From contig DHSM01000008.1 in NCBI GenBank assembly GCA_002408465.1, positions 3,187-67,186 of the forward strand: a stretch of 64,000 nucleotides of DNA, written 5' to 3'. Shown here one piece after another: positions 39,197-49,783 of the stretch (position 1 is the stretch's first letter; the number at the start of each line of letters is the position of its first letter). Under the pieces are notes generated by a model. The model ran no database searches. It was not told where the DNA came from and saw only the letters and a program-made list of their open reading frames with translations. The position numbers and the translations under genes were made by a program. The stretch comes from Firmicutes bacterium UBA5286. GTDB lineage: Bacteria > Bacillota > Proteinivoracia > UBA4975.

Positions 39197-40210
39197 ATGG
39201 ACGAAAAAATTTCTAAATTGCTCAAAGTATTGGTTGCGCTAAGCGTTATCTTTCTCCTGTTAAGTTATGGCCGCAGGATAGCATCGATCCTGACCCCGAT
39301 TATGATTGCTGTACTGCTGACCTTGCTGTTGATGCCATTAGTTGATTTTCTGCACAAAAAGTTTAAATCCAGGATTCTTGCGACCTTGACGGTATTACTG
39401 CCTTCCTTCGCCCTGATAGTCTTGGGACTGTGGTGGGGATTGTCTCAATTGTACCAAGAGACAGAAAGATTTGTCCTTTCTTTTCCCGAAATTATCGCAA
39501 ACCTTGAAAACTTGTTTGATGAACGCATATTGCCTATGGTAGAGGGAACCAGGTATGAGGAGTCCTTTTTTGTCTTTTTGGATGACGTGATCATGCAGGC
39601 AGCATCAACATTGCAGCAAGTGGCCAAGAGTCTAATTGGCTCTGGAATCTATCTGGTCAGTCTGCTGCCGGGCCTTCTTGTGGCCTTTATGGTCACAGTG
39701 ATACTGGTCTTTAATCTGTCCTATGATAAAAAATGGCTTTTTAACTTGTTTCCCGCGGCCGGGGAAAGCGCTGATAAGGTAATAAAATCTATACACGGCT
39801 TTTTAAAATCCCAGTTATTCCTGATTATTATTACGGCGGCAATTTGCATGCTCACTTTTGCCCTGCTTGGAATCCCTTATGTCTTTGTGCTGGGGATTCT
39901 CATTGCCATCTTTGATTTGCTGCCTGTTCTAGGCGCCGGCACCTTGTTAGTGCCCATGATTGCCTGGCATTTTATCCTGGGCGAGCCGTTTACGGCAATC
40001 ATGATTGGAGTGCTTTATGCCGTCATCCTGATTGTCAGGCAAATTATCGAGCCCAAACTTCTTTCCAATAATCTGGGCATTCATCCAGTAGCGGCGATTC
40101 TTTCGGTATACTTGGGCCTTAAGCTCTTCGGCCCTGTGGGCCTGATTCTGTTGCCGCTGATAACCTCGATTGCCGCAAGTTTCCCCCGTTTTCAAAGGCT
40201 TAGACGATAA
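39197..40210 (+). CDS. ytvI: AI-2E family / sporulation integral membrane protein YtvI
   Basis: DLLPVLGAG, RQIIEPKLLS..LGIHP, GLKLFG. Confidence 0.8.
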   Translation: MDEKISKLLKVLVALSVIFLLLSYGRRIASILTPIMIAVLLTLLLMPLVDFLHKKFKSRILATLTVLLPSFALIVLGLWWGLSQLYQETERFVLSFPEIIANLENLFDERILPMVEGTRYEESFFVFLDDVIMQAASTLQQVAKSLIGSGIYLVSLLPGLLVAFMVTVILVFNLSYDKKWLFNLFPAAGESADKVIKSIHGFLKSQLFLIIITAAICMLTFALLGIPYVFVLGILIAIFDLLPVLGAGTLLVPMIAWHFILGEPFTAIMIGVLYAVILIVRQIIEPKLLSNNLGIHPVAAILSVYLGLKLFGPVGLILLPLITSIAASFPRFQRLRR

Positions 40211-40231
40211 TTTTGTTGGGAGTGATCCTCT

Positions 40232-41215
40232 GTGCCAGCTAATCTTACACAACAGTATTATGCCGCAGAAGAAGCTTACAAAAAAGCTTCGACATATGAA
40301 GAGAAACTGGCTGCTCTGGAAGAAATGCTTGCAACCGTCCCTAAGCATAAGGGAACTGAGAAAATTCAGGCTGAGATTAAAAAACGCCTTTCCAGGATGC
40401 GGAAGGAGGACGGTCAGACTCAGGGTGGAGGCAGCCGCCAGGAAGACCCCTTTTTAATCGATGCCCAGGGCGCCGGCCAGGTGCTGCTGCTGGGCCATCC
40501 CAATTCCGGCAAGTCCGCTCTGGTGCAAACTTTGACCAATGCCAAGACTCAGGTGGCTGAATATCCCTTTGCCACTGTCCTGCCCATTCCGGGAATGATG
40601 AAGCATGAGGATGTGTCCATCCAGCTGGTGGACACGCCCCCCTTCGTGCTTGATGGAATCCCGGGCAATTTCAGCTCTGCCATCCGCAACAGCCATATGC
40701 TTGGCCTGGTCCTTGACCTGACCGATCCCGATTGCATTGATCATTTGACGACAATGCTGGAATATTTGCGGGAAAAGCGGATTCTGCGAGAGGAAGTGCC
40801 GGAGGGAGTGCGGGCTCTGACCCTGGATAAAGTCTTGATCCTGGGCAACAAAGCCGATTTGACAGATTGGGATGAAATTGTTGAGATGATTGAAGAGCTT
40901 GTACCGGATTGCCCTACGATTGTGCCTGTTTCGGCTGTCACCGGCTTTAATCTCGATCAGTTCCGGGCGTTGGTCTTTGAGCGTCTGCAGGTAATTCGGG
41001 TGTACACTAAGCGGCCGGGGAAAAAGCCCGACCTGGAGCGACCCTTTGTCCTGCCTGTCAACAGCACTGTCTCAGACCTGGCTCATTCCATTCATAAGGA
41101 TATCGCTGACAACCTTAGGACCGCGAAGGTATGGGGGTCCGCTAAGTTCGACGGCCAGGCAGTGAACCATGACTATGTCCTTGCTGACAGGGATATAGTT
41201 GAGCTCAACGATTAA
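40232..41215 (+). CDS. DRG/Obg-family GTPase with TGS domain
   Basis: MPANL...PKHKGTEK N-terminus, GHPNSGKS, YPFAT, DTPP, NKAD, C-terminal TGS. Confidence 0.88.
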   Translation: MPANLTQQYYAAEEAYKKASTYEEKLAALEEMLATVPKHKGTEKIQAEIKKRLSRMRKEDGQTQGGGSRQEDPFLIDAQGAGQVLLLGHPNSGKSALVQTLTNAKTQVAEYPFATVLPIPGMMKHEDVSIQLVDTPPFVLDGIPGNFSSAIRNSHMLGLVLDLTDPDCIDHLTTMLEYLREKRILREEVPEGVRALTLDKVLILGNKADLTDWDEIVEMIEELVPDCPTIVPVSAVTGFNLDQFRALVFERLQVIRVYTKRPGKKPDLERPFVLPVNSTVSDLAHSIHKDIADNLRTAKVWGSAKFDGQAVNHDYVLADRDIVELND

Positions 41216-41248
41216 AATAACAGGGATATCAAATCCCTGTTATTTTTT

Positions 41249-41419
41249 TCACCGTTTTGGGGAAAAGGTTGCGCAGTCAGTTTCTTCGGTATCAGAGGCA
41301 TCGGGGGGCTGAATTTCGATATTTGATGCCAGGCAGTGATCACCATGCCCATAGTAGCGGCAAGAGCTGACCACGCACTTTACCCGGGAAATGGCGGAAT
41401 CCTCTTTGTCTACACGCAA
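41249..41419 (-). CDS. DUF1540 small cysteine-rich protein (missing from the ORF track)
   Basis: GGAGGTG RBS, TTG start, 56 aa: VKCVVSSCRYY...HCLASNIEI...ETDCATF. Confidence 0.85.
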   Translation of the reverse strand: MRVDKEDSAISRVKCVVSSCRYYGHGDHCLASNIEIQPPDASDTEETDCATFSPKR

Positions 41420-41480
41420 GCTGTTCACCTCCTCGCCTATTATTATTTGACGAGGGCTGACAGCTATACGGGTATAAAAT

Positions 41481-43916
41481 TCATTTAACTACCAGGTTGA
41501 GCAATTTATCCTGAATCCAGATTATTTTAAGGATATTTTTGTTATCCAGGGCCTGAGAGATTTTGGCGCTGGACATGGCTGCCCTGAGGACAGCTTCCTG
41601 ATCCAGACTGGTGCCAATGGTGATTGTGTCCCGCAGCTTGCCGTTGACTTGAATGGGGATAGTGACGGACTTATCAATCAGGGCCTCTGGGTCAAATTTA
41701 GGCCATTGTTGCAGGTGAATGCTTTCCGTGTGTCCCCGGCGGTGCCATAATTCCTCGGTCATGACGGGGGCCAGGGGGGCGAGCATGAGGAGAAGGGCGT
41801 CAATTGCCTGCTGCCAAAGGGCAGTTTCGCTGATTTCTGCGCCCTGATGCTTGGCCAGGTGGTTGCTGAATTCCATGAGGGCGGAAATCATGGTATTGAA
41901 TTTAAAACTCTCCATATCCCCGGTCACCCTATGAATAGTCTTATGGAGCAGCCCCTTGAAATCTTCGGGAGCTATTGGTTCGGGTGCTTGTTCGGAGGGT
42001 TCTCCGGCGGCCAGCCGCCAGACTCTGTTCAGGAATCTGGTGACGCCGCCGATGCCGTCACTGTTCCAAGGTCCCCCCAGCTCCCAGGGGGCCATAAACA
42101 TCATATAAACCCGGACGGCGTCGGCTCCATATTGCTGGACCAGGTTATCGGGGGCAATGACATTGCCCCGGGATTTGCTCATCTTTTCCGAGTCCTCACC
42201 AAGGATGATGCCCTGATTATACAAAGCTGTCATGGGCTCGGAAATATTGATCAGACCCATATCCCGCATGGCCTTGGTAAAGAAACGCACATAGAGGAGG
42301 TGCATGGTGGCGTGCTCAACGCCGCCGGTGTACTGATCCACCGGCAGCCAGCGCTCCACTTCCTGGGGATCGAAGGGATATTTGTCTTCATGGGGACTGA
42401 CATACCGGTACTGATACCAGGAGGAGTCAAAGAAGGTGTCCATGGTGTCGGTTTCCCGCTCTGCCGGACCGCCGCATTTGGGGCAGGTTGTATGGAGAAA
42501 TCCCTCATGAAAGCGGAGGGGGGATTCGCCTGTGGGGCGGAATTCAGCGTCCATGGGCAGAAGCACTGGCAGCTGGTCCTCGGGAACAGCCACTTGGCCG
42601 CAGGTGGGGCAGTGAATGATGGGAATGGGAGTGCCCCAGTAGCGCTGACGGCTGACCAGCCAGTCCCGGAGGCGGTAATTGACTTTTGCCTGGCCCAGGC
42701 CCCGGGCTTCCATATCTGCAGTCAGCCGGGCAGCGGCCTCTTCATTGTCCAAACCCGACCAGGAGCCGGAATTGACCAGCTTGCCCTGTCCGGTCCAAGC
42801 CTTCTCGAGAGGCTCATTTATTCCTTCGGGAGGGGCAATGACCAGAGGGATTGGCAAGTTATAGCGGCGGGCGAAGTCAAAGTCCCGCTGATCGTGGGCA
42901 GGAACAGCCATTATTGAGCCCGTGCCATAACTCATGAGCACGTAATCAGCTATATAGATGGGGAGCTCGCAGCCGGTAAAGGGGTGAATGGCATAGGCGC
43001 CGGTAAACACACCGTCCTTTTCCATGGCTGTGCTCAGGCGTTCAATTTCGGTGCGCCGGGTGGCGGTATGGACATAGTCTTTTACGGCTTCGGCCTGCTC
43101 CGGAGTGGTGATTTTCTCTACCAGGGGATGTTCCGGAGCCAGAACCACAAAGGAAACGCCAAAAATAGTGTCAATCCGGGTGGTGAAAACCGGGAATGTT
43201 TCTGGATGATCTTTCACAGCCATAGAGAATTCCACTCCCTGGCTGCGGCCGATCCAGTTGGTCTGCATGGTCTTGACCCGATCGGGCCAGTCCAGGCCGG
43301 CAAAGTCCAGGAGTTCTTCGGCATAATCGGTGATCTTGAGATACCATTGGTTGAGTTCCCGCTTTCCCACGGGTGTGTCACAGCGATCACAGACCCGGTC
43401 TTCGCCAACAACCTGTTCTCTGGCCAGGGTGGTGTTGCATTTGGGGCACCAGTCCACGGGAGAGTATTTTTTGTATGCCAAACCGTGCTCGAAGAACTTG
43501 AGGAAGAGCCACTGATTCCACTTGTAATACTCTGGATCACAGGTGATGATTTCGGTATCCCAGTCGAACATGGCCCCCATGGTCTTCAGCTGTTTCCGCA
43601 TGCGCTCCACATTGGCATAAGTCCATTTGCCGGGATGGATATTGTGCTTGATGGCCGCGTTTTCCGCCGGCAGGCCAAAGGCGTCAAAACCCATGGGAAA
43701 CAGGACATTGTAGCCGCACATCCGTTTGTAGCGTGCCCTTGCGTCTGAAGGCACAATGGCATACCAATGGCCGATGTGCAAATCCCCGCTGGTATAAGGC
43801 AGCATGGTCAGGGCATAATATTTTTCTCCTTCTTTTTGCCGGGAAGTCTTGTACAGCCCTTGTTCTTCCCAGTGCTGCCGCCACTTTTTTTCGCTCTCCG
43901 AAAAATTGTAACTCAT
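41481..43916 (-). CDS. leuS: Leucine--tRNA ligase
   Basis: HIGH, MGFDAFGLPAENAA, DWLVSRQRYWG, KMSKS. Confidence 0.98.
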   Translation of the reverse strand: MSYNFSESEKKWRQHWEEQGLYKTSRQKEGEKYYALTMLPYTSGDLHIGHWYAIVPSDARARYKRMCGYNVLFPMGFDAFGLPAENAAIKHNIHPGKWTYANVERMRKQLKTMGAMFDWDTEIITCDPEYYKWNQWLFLKFFEHGLAYKKYSPVDWCPKCNTTLAREQVVGEDRVCDRCDTPVGKRELNQWYLKITDYAEELLDFAGLDWPDRVKTMQTNWIGRSQGVEFSMAVKDHPETFPVFTTRIDTIFGVSFVVLAPEHPLVEKITTPEQAEAVKDYVHTATRRTEIERLSTAMEKDGVFTGAYAIHPFTGCELPIYIADYVLMSYGTGSIMAVPAHDQRDFDFARRYNLPIPLVIAPPEGINEPLEKAWTGQGKLVNSGSWSGLDNEEAAARLTADMEARGLGQAKVNYRLRDWLVSRQRYWGTPIPIIHCPTCGQVAVPEDQLPVLLPMDAEFRPTGESPLRFHEGFLHTTCPKCGGPAERETDTMDTFFDSSWYQYRYVSPHEDKYPFDPQEVERWLPVDQYTGGVEHATMHLLYVRFFTKAMRDMGLINISEPMTALYNQGIILGEDSEKMSKSRGNVIAPDNLVQQYGADAVRVYMMFMAPWELGGPWNSDGIGGVTRFLNRVWRLAAGEPSEQAPEPIAPEDFKGLLHKTIHRVTGDMESFKFNTMISALMEFSNHLAKHQGAEISETALWQQAIDALLLMLAPLAPVMTEELWHRRGHTESIHLQQWPKFDPEALIDKSVTIPIQVNGKLRDTITIGTSLDQEAVLRAAMSSAKISQALDNKNILKIIWIQDKLLNLVVK

Positions 43917-43945
43917 CTCTTATCACTCCTAACTACAGTTATAGA

Positions 43946-44166
43946 AATAAAAAGAGAACCCTCATCCTTTCAGGGACGAGGGTTCCCGCGGTACCACCCT
44001 GTTTGCATCTAAAAGATGCCAACTCTATGGCGCTAACGGTGCCAACCGGGCAGAATTGTTACCTTCTGCCGACTCGGGGACGAGTTCACGGGCCAAAATA
44101 CACCGGCCTTGCAGCCTTGGGACCGGCTCTCTGGGGTATGCTTGGCTTCGCTACTGCTTCCCGTCA
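43946..44166 (-). ncRNA. T-box leader (Leu)
   Basis: Minus strand AGGGTGGTACCGCG T-box, specifier GAA-CTC (Leu), downstream terminator GAACCCTC...GAGGGTTC-TCTTTT. Confidence 0.92.
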
Positions 44167-44239
44167 ATATCTTTATTCTTTGGATTAAGGTATATACTAA
44201 TTCATAGTTCTGCGGATGTCAAGAAGGAGAAGAATAATT

Positions 44240-45253
44240 ATGATTTTATTGAGAATGCTTACCCTTGTCTTTCCTGCAGTAAAAAGGCGCCTGGACCAGT
44301 ATCGCCGCTTTCTGCAGGGAGCGGACGGGCCCTTGGCCTTGCAGGGATTGGACAGCATTAGGGACAAGGAATTTCACTGCCTGGGCGGCGGCGTCTATGC
44401 CCTGCTGGCGCCTGGCAAGCTGCGTCGGCATGTGCTGGCCTTCATCATCGCCTTTCAAACCATCAGCGATTACCTGGACAATCTCTGCGACCGCTTTGGC
44501 ATCCAATCGGAACCGGTCTTCCGCCAGCTCCACACCGCCATGTTGGACAGTCTGGAGCCCGGGGCCACAGAACACAGTGATTATTACTGTCTTTTCCCCA
44601 GCAGGGATGACGGCGGCTACCTGGCCATGCTGGTGGACCAGTGCCGGGAGGCCTTGGCCGCCCTTCCTCATTATCCCGGGTGCAAAGAATATATGCTCAA
44701 ATTTACCAGGCTGTACATAGACCTACAAAGCTATAAGCATATGGAGCGCCGGGCAGGGGAGGAGAAATTGGCGGCTATGTATGCAATAAATTCCTCTGCT
44801 GCCCCTGATCTCTATTGGTGGGAATATGCCGCCGCCTGCGGTTCAACCCTGGGCATATTTGCCCTGGCGGCAGATGGCCAGAATCCCCTCAAGACCTGGG
44901 CTGCATACATGCCCTGGGTAAACGGACTGCATATTATGCTGGATTACTTTATCGATCAGGATGAAGATCTGCAGCATGGGGACATGAACCTTGTTTCGTT
45001 TTATGGCCCCCGCAAGCAGGTGGAGCGGATTCTTTGGTTTTATCATCTGGCCAGGAAAGCAGTGCAGTCCTTGGCCAGGGCCAGGTTTCACACTTTAATT
45101 GTCGACGGGCTGTTGGCTATGTATCTCTCTGACGCCAAGGCCCGCTCCCCTGAGCTGGCTAATCCCAGTCGCCAAATCCTGGCCGGAGCCCGATTACGGG
45201 CGGGTGTACTGGGGAGGATGGCGAAGGTCTTGCGTAAGGGGGGGATAATTTAA
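44240..45253 (+). CDS. ytpB: Tetraprenyl-beta-curcumene synthase family (DUF2600)
   Basis: KEFHCLGG, AFQTISDYLDNLCD, WWEYAAACGSTLG, GLHIMLDYFIDQDED. Confidence 0.88.
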   Translation: MILLRMLTLVFPAVKRRLDQYRRFLQGADGPLALQGLDSIRDKEFHCLGGGVYALLAPGKLRRHVLAFIIAFQTISDYLDNLCDRFGIQSEPVFRQLHTAMLDSLEPGATEHSDYYCLFPSRDDGGYLAMLVDQCREALAALPHYPGCKEYMLKFTRLYIDLQSYKHMERRAGEEKLAAMYAINSSAAPDLYWWEYAAACGSTLGIFALAADGQNPLKTWAAYMPWVNGLHIMLDYFIDQDEDLQHGDMNLVSFYGPRKQVERILWFYHLARKAVQSLARARFHTLIVDGLLAMYLSDAKARSPELANPSRQILAGARLRAGVLGRMAKVLRKGGII

Positions 45254-46219
45254 GAGGGTCTGACAGCGCTCGATAAACTGCAGGGTCAGTGTCTCCAGGA
45301 GGAGGACCGAAGGGCGGGGGGGAAAGCTGTTGAGCAGTTCAATTCCCCGCTCCAAGTGGTGACAGGCTATGGCCGCCGCCTTTTCTATTGCCCCCGTTTC
45401 CGCCAGCTCCGGCGCCAGCATTTTCGGCTCCAGGGGCTGTTTTTGCTGCAAAAGGGACTGAACCCGATCCCGAGTGCCGGGGTTAGCCAACAAGTACATC
45501 AGGGGAAGGGTGACGATGCCGTTGCGGATGTCGCTGCCCTGAGGTTTTCCTGTCAGGCCGGTATCGAGAACATAGTCGGCGATATCATCCAGGACTTGGT
45601 AGGCAATTCCTACATGCAGGGCAAACTTGCGCATAACCTCTATTTCCCCCGGAGGCATGGGGGTGATGACGGCGCCGCATTCACAACTGGCGGCCAGCAG
45701 GCTGGCGGTCTTGCTGATGATGGTGCTGACATAGTCTTCGGGGGTTGTGTAGGGATTAAAATGGGTGTACAGCTGGTTCAGTTCCCCCAGGCACATGGTG
45801 GAAATGGCGTTGGTCATAATCGCCAGGACATGAGGGTAACTGCTGAGGATTCCATAGGCTCTGGCGAAGAGAAAGTCTCCTGCCAGGACCGCAGTGGGAT
45901 TGCTCCAGCGCTTGTTTGCGCTGGGCTGTCCCCGCCGCAGGGAAGAATTATCTACTACGTCGTCATGGAGCAGGGAGGCAGAATGGATCAGTTCGGCGGC
46001 AACGGCCACATCCACCCGGGTCTTGAGGTTGGCCCCGTAAATATCGGAACAGAGCAGGACCAGCAGAGGCCGGATGCGCTTGCCTCCCTGGCTGAGGATG
46101 TAACCTGTGACCTCAGACAGATAGGGGTTGTCATAAGTGTTAATTTCCTTAAGCCGGTTTTCCACCAGCTGCATCTCCGGCAAATCAAAGCAGTTTAACT
46201 GTGTTTTCGTATGGGGCAT
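45194..46219 (-). CDS. hepT: Polyprenyl (heptaprenyl-like) diphosphate synthase
   Basis: GGKRIRP, LLHDDVVD...RRG, KTASL, YQVLDDIAD. Confidence 0.85.
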   Translation of the reverse strand: MPHTKTQLNCFDLPEMQLVENRLKEINTYDNPYLSEVTGYILSQGGKRIRPLLVLLCSDIYGANLKTRVDVAVAAELIHSASLLHDDVVDNSSLRRGQPSANKRWSNPTAVLAGDFLFARAYGILSSYPHVLAIMTNAISTMCLGELNQLYTHFNPYTTPEDYVSTIISKTASLLAASCECGAVITPMPPGEIEVMRKFALHVGIAYQVLDDIADYVLDTGLTGKPQGSDIRNGIVTLPLMYLLANPGTRDRVQSLLQQKQPLEPKMLAPELAETGAIEKAAAIACHHLERGIELLNSFPPRPSVLLLETLTLQFIERCQTLLNYPPLTQDLRHPPQYTRP

Positions 46220-46280
46220 TTTCTCACCTAAAGCCTATTATGCCCAAAAAAATACGGTCATGCGACCGCAAGCTCTGAGA

Positions 46281-47213
46281 TTATTTGGCTGAGCCCTGGG
46301 CCTCCCCCGTAATCAGGAAGCCGGTTTCCAAAAAGGATACCAGTTGCTTGATGAGGGGATTATTTGTCAGCCTGGTGGCCACCAGCAGATAGAAGGGGAG
46401 AGGGATGCTGAGACCTGGAAGGTCAAGGATCTCGGTATCAGGATCATTGGCGGCCAGACGGGGGATGAGGCCAATGCCTGCCCCGGCCTTGACTGCGCTG
46501 GTAACGGCGATGCAATTGTCCATTTCCAGGACGATATTCAGCTTGTCCAAATTCATTTTGGTTTCTTGCAGACAGTGTTCAATGGCAATTCTAGTGCCGC
46601 TGTGTTTATGGGGGACAACCAGGGGCAAGGCGCGCAGATCCATTACCCGGTAATTGTTGCCGCTCCAATGGCCGCCTTTGCGGGCGATTGCCACAATATC
46701 ATCATGGCCGAGCAAATGGATGGCTATTTTTTCAGTTTGCAGCCTATGCTTGGCCTGAGCGGACAGAGGACCGGAGATAATACCGATGTTGGTTGTCCTG
46801 TCCACCACAGATTCGATAACCTGTTCGACGGATTTTATTACCATGTAATACTTTATTTTCGGGTAATCATCGATAAAAGCCAGCATTTTTATAGGCATTA
46901 GATAGTTGCCGGGGATGGGGGAGGCAGAGATATACACTTTCAGTCCTGTAGGATCCTGGATGTTTCGGATTTCCTGTTCCAAGGTGTCCATAATAAAGAG
47001 CATGCGCTGACCATACTGATAAACTTTTGCGCCTGTGCGGGTGAGAGTGACCCCCCGGTTGCTGCGTTCCAGCAACTTGGTCCTAAACTTGTTTTCAAGA
47101 GAATTAATTTGTTGGCTCAATGCGGGTTGGCTGAGATGCAGTTCTCCGGAAGCTTTAGTAATAGATTTCACTTTCACTACCCTGCAAAAGGAACGCAGGT
47201 AGTCGAGATGCAC
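46281..47213 (-). CDS. LysR family transcriptional regulator
   Basis: SITKASGELHLSQPALSQQINSLE HTH; GTG start after GGGGG. Confidence 0.9.
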   Translation of the reverse strand: MHLDYLRSFCRVVKVKSITKASGELHLSQPALSQQINSLENKFRTKLLERSNRGVTLTRTGAKVYQYGQRMLFIMDTLEQEIRNIQDPTGLKVYISASPIPGNYLMPIKMLAFIDDYPKIKYYMVIKSVEQVIESVVDRTTNIGIISGPLSAQAKHRLQTEKIAIHLLGHDDIVAIARKGGHWSGNNYRVMDLRALPLVVPHKHSGTRIAIEHCLQETKMNLDKLNIVLEMDNCIAVTSAVKAGAGIGLIPRLAANDPDTEILDLPGLSIPLPFYLLVATRLTNNPLIKQLVSFLETGFLITGEAQGSAK

Positions 47214-47306
47214 CTTAATTACCCCCTTTGCCATTCATTATTATTAGTATAGCGAAAATTAAGCATAATTGGAAGTGGATTCCTTAATTAAATGTTTGGG
47301 CCAATT

Positions 47307-48245
47307 CTAGGAAAGCTGGTCAGCCAAAGTTCGAACTGCATACTGGTAAAAATTATCGCTGCCAAATTTATGGGAAATAGAATGACAGCGCAGCCAAAGG
47401 GGAGAGGAATTTTCTTGAGATCCCTTGGCCCCTTTCATGTTAGGTATTTCCTGGTGATGGGAGCTAATAATCGTTACCGGTCCGGAGATTGTCGGCAGAA
47501 AGTCCAGCTGGGCCCTGATTGCATCTGGATTTTTGCTTGCAATCACTATGGGGATTTCTCTGGCTGCTGCAATGTCAATAAAGTGCCTGCAGCTTTCAAT
47601 TTCACTTGCCATCATCAGCCCGTGAATGTAGCCGTTGCTGAGCAGGGGATGCAGGAGCTGGTCGTCTTCGGAAAAGGCTATGTAATTTAAGCCTGCGCCG
47701 GCAAGATATCTGCCAATATCAGCCTTGATGCCCATGGTCCCTACTGTTGGCGCGGGACAGCCGAAATTGTGGATGCTGCACAGGGACATGCCGCTGACGG
47801 CGAAGGCTGTGTTGCTCAGGAGGATTTTTATAACCGGGTTCATGGTATAAGCTGTCCCCGGCAGGTAAATCCGCATAACTTCCTTCCTGCCCTGCCATGT
47901 GCTGTTCCCGGTGAGGACTGCAACTTTTGGCAGGCCGAAGGGCATGGCGGCAAAGGCCCTGTCTGCCAAGTTGTATAAATGGGGTTCTTTCCCTAGAAGA
48001 GCAAGGATGCCATCGGCAATGCCCTGGGAATACAATTTTGAGATTGCCAGGTGGACACATTCCTCCAGGGGTTTCCCCGGATAGAGCTGGCGCAGTTCTC
48101 TGGCATTGAGATCGGCTGCCGCCACCCGTCGCCCGATATTTACTGAAATAACCCTGGTGGCAGTCATATGCAGCATCTCAATAATAAAACTTATTTCCGC
48201 CTCCCAGCGGATGAGATCCCCAATCAAGATTATTTGCTTCATCAA
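47307..48245 (-). CDS. Divergent UPF0261 / Tm-1-like domain protein
   Basis: ADGILAL...AFAAMPFGLPKVAV and NPVIKILLSNTAFAVSGM resemble UPF0261 blocks. Confidence 0.55.
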   Translation of the reverse strand: MMKQIILIGDLIRWEAEISFIIEMLHMTATRVISVNIGRRVAAADLNARELRQLYPGKPLEECVHLAISKLYSQGIADGILALLGKEPHLYNLADRAFAAMPFGLPKVAVLTGNSTWQGRKEVMRIYLPGTAYTMNPVIKILLSNTAFAVSGMSLCSIHNFGCPAPTVGTMGIKADIGRYLAGAGLNYIAFSEDDQLLHPLLSNGYIHGLMMASEIESCRHFIDIAAAREIPIVIASKNPDAIRAQLDFLPTISGPVTIISSHHQEIPNMKGAKGSQENSSPLWLRCHSISHKFGSDNFYQYAVRTLADQLS

Positions 48246-48332
48246 GCTCCCCTCCCGTGCTTAATATTTACGCCGGAGGAGAGGGGAGTATACATAGCAA
48301 GCCGCAGCCCGAGGGGGACTGCGGCATAAATT

Positions 48333-49715
48333 CTACTTATTGGCTTTATATTCCCACTGGGTGCCGTCCTTGGTATCCTTGACGGTGACTCCCCGGCGGG
48401 CCAGTTCATCCCGAAGCTGGTCGGACAGGGTCCAGTCCTTATTGGCCCGAGCTAGTTTGCGCTGCTCCAGGAGCGCGGCCAATTCCGGGGGCAATTCCCC
48501 TTGTTGGGGAGCAAACTCAGCATCCAATCTCAGGCCCAACACCTGATCGAATTTTGTCAGCAGGGCCTTGCCGCCGGCTTCTCCCGAACGGGCGGCTTCC
48601 CAGGCGTAGGAAAGAGCCAGAGGAACATTCAAATCGTCATTGATGGCGGACTGGAATTTGGCAAGCAAGTCCGGGGAAGGTTCCGCTGCATCTGCCGGCA
48701 GCTTCTGGTAGGCTTGGCGCAACCGCCAGAGGGCGGTCTGGGCTGCCTCCAGCCCCTCCCAGGTAAAGTTCAGGGGAGTGCGATAATGGGCATTGAGGCA
48801 CAGATACCGGAAGGCAATGGGGTCAAAGTGTCTTTCCCGGAGGCTGGCGACGGTATAAAAGTTGTTCAGGCTCTTGGACATCTTGCCCCCATCCACCTGC
48901 AGGAATTCCCCATGCAACCAGTATCTAACCCAAGTTTCGCCGGTCAGAGCTTCGGACTGGGCAATTTCGTTCTCATGGTGGATGGGCACGTGATCGACGC
49001 CGCCGGTGTGAATGTCAATTTTCCTGCCTAAGTACTTCATGGACATGGTCGAGCATTCAATGTGCCAGCCTGGGTAACCCGGGCCCCAGGGGCTGGGCCA
49101 TTGCATGATGTGCTCGGGGGGAGCGTCTTTCCAGAGGGCAAAATCTGCCGGGTGGCGTTTGCGTTCATTGATCTCGATCCTGGCGCCTGCCCTGAGGTCA
49201 TCCAGGCTCTGGCGGGAGAGCTTGCCGTAGCCTTCCAGCTTAGAGACGTCAAAATAGATGCCGTCGCCTTCAATGCGGTAGGCAAAGCCCCGGTTATTCA
49301 GCTCCCGAACAAAGTCCAGCATCTCCTGGATATGGTCGGTAGCTTTGCAGATAATTGTCGGTGTCAGGATATTCAGCTCATCTAAGCTGTGCATAAAGTC
49401 CTGGGTATAGAATTCTGCTATCTCCCACGGGGTTTTCTTTTCTCTTTTTGCCCCTTCCACTAATTTGTCCTCGCCTTCGTCGGCGTCAGAGACAAGGTGC
49501 CCCACATCAGTGATATTCATGACATGGGTTACAGCAAAGCCGTTATATTCCAGCATCCGCCGCAGCAGGTCGGCGAAGATATAGGAGCGCATGTTGCCGA
49601 TATGAGCGTAGTCGTAAACAGTTGGTCCGCAGACATACATCCCTGCCTTGCCGGGAACCAGGGGGGCGAAGATTTCTTTGGAACGACTGAGGGTGTTATA
49701 TAGTTTTATTTCCAT
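48333..49715 (-). CDS. cysS: Cysteine--tRNA ligase
   Basis: [31 protein letters not shown]. Confidence 0.98.
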   Translation of the reverse strand: MEIKLYNTLSRSKEIFAPLVPGKAGMYVCGPTVYDYAHIGNMRSYIFADLLRRMLEYNGFAVTHVMNITDVGHLVSDADEGEDKLVEGAKREKKTPWEIAEFYTQDFMHSLDELNILTPTIICKATDHIQEMLDFVRELNNRGFAYRIEGDGIYFDVSKLEGYGKLSRQSLDDLRAGARIEINERKRHPADFALWKDAPPEHIMQWPSPWGPGYPGWHIECSTMSMKYLGRKIDIHTGGVDHVPIHHENEIAQSEALTGETWVRYWLHGEFLQVDGGKMSKSLNNFYTVASLRERHFDPIAFRYLCLNAHYRTPLNFTWEGLEAAQTALWRLRQAYQKLPADAAEPSPDLLAKFQSAINDDLNVPLALSYAWEAARSGEAGGKALLTKFDQVLGLRLDAEFAPQQGELPPELAALLEQRKLARANKDWTLSDQLRDELARRGVTVKDTKDGTQWEYKANK

Positions 49716-49783
49716 GGCAAAAAACCTCCTTGAGCCTTTATTATAAGTCCTGGCGCGACTCTTGACAAGTTCGGGGACGGTCC

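Noticed and set aside
41847..43748. Long plus-strand ORFs (356 and 254 aa)
   Set aside because: Antisense shadows of leuS.
45356..46198. 280-aa plus-strand ORF
   Set aside because: Antisense shadow of the polyprenyl synthase gene.
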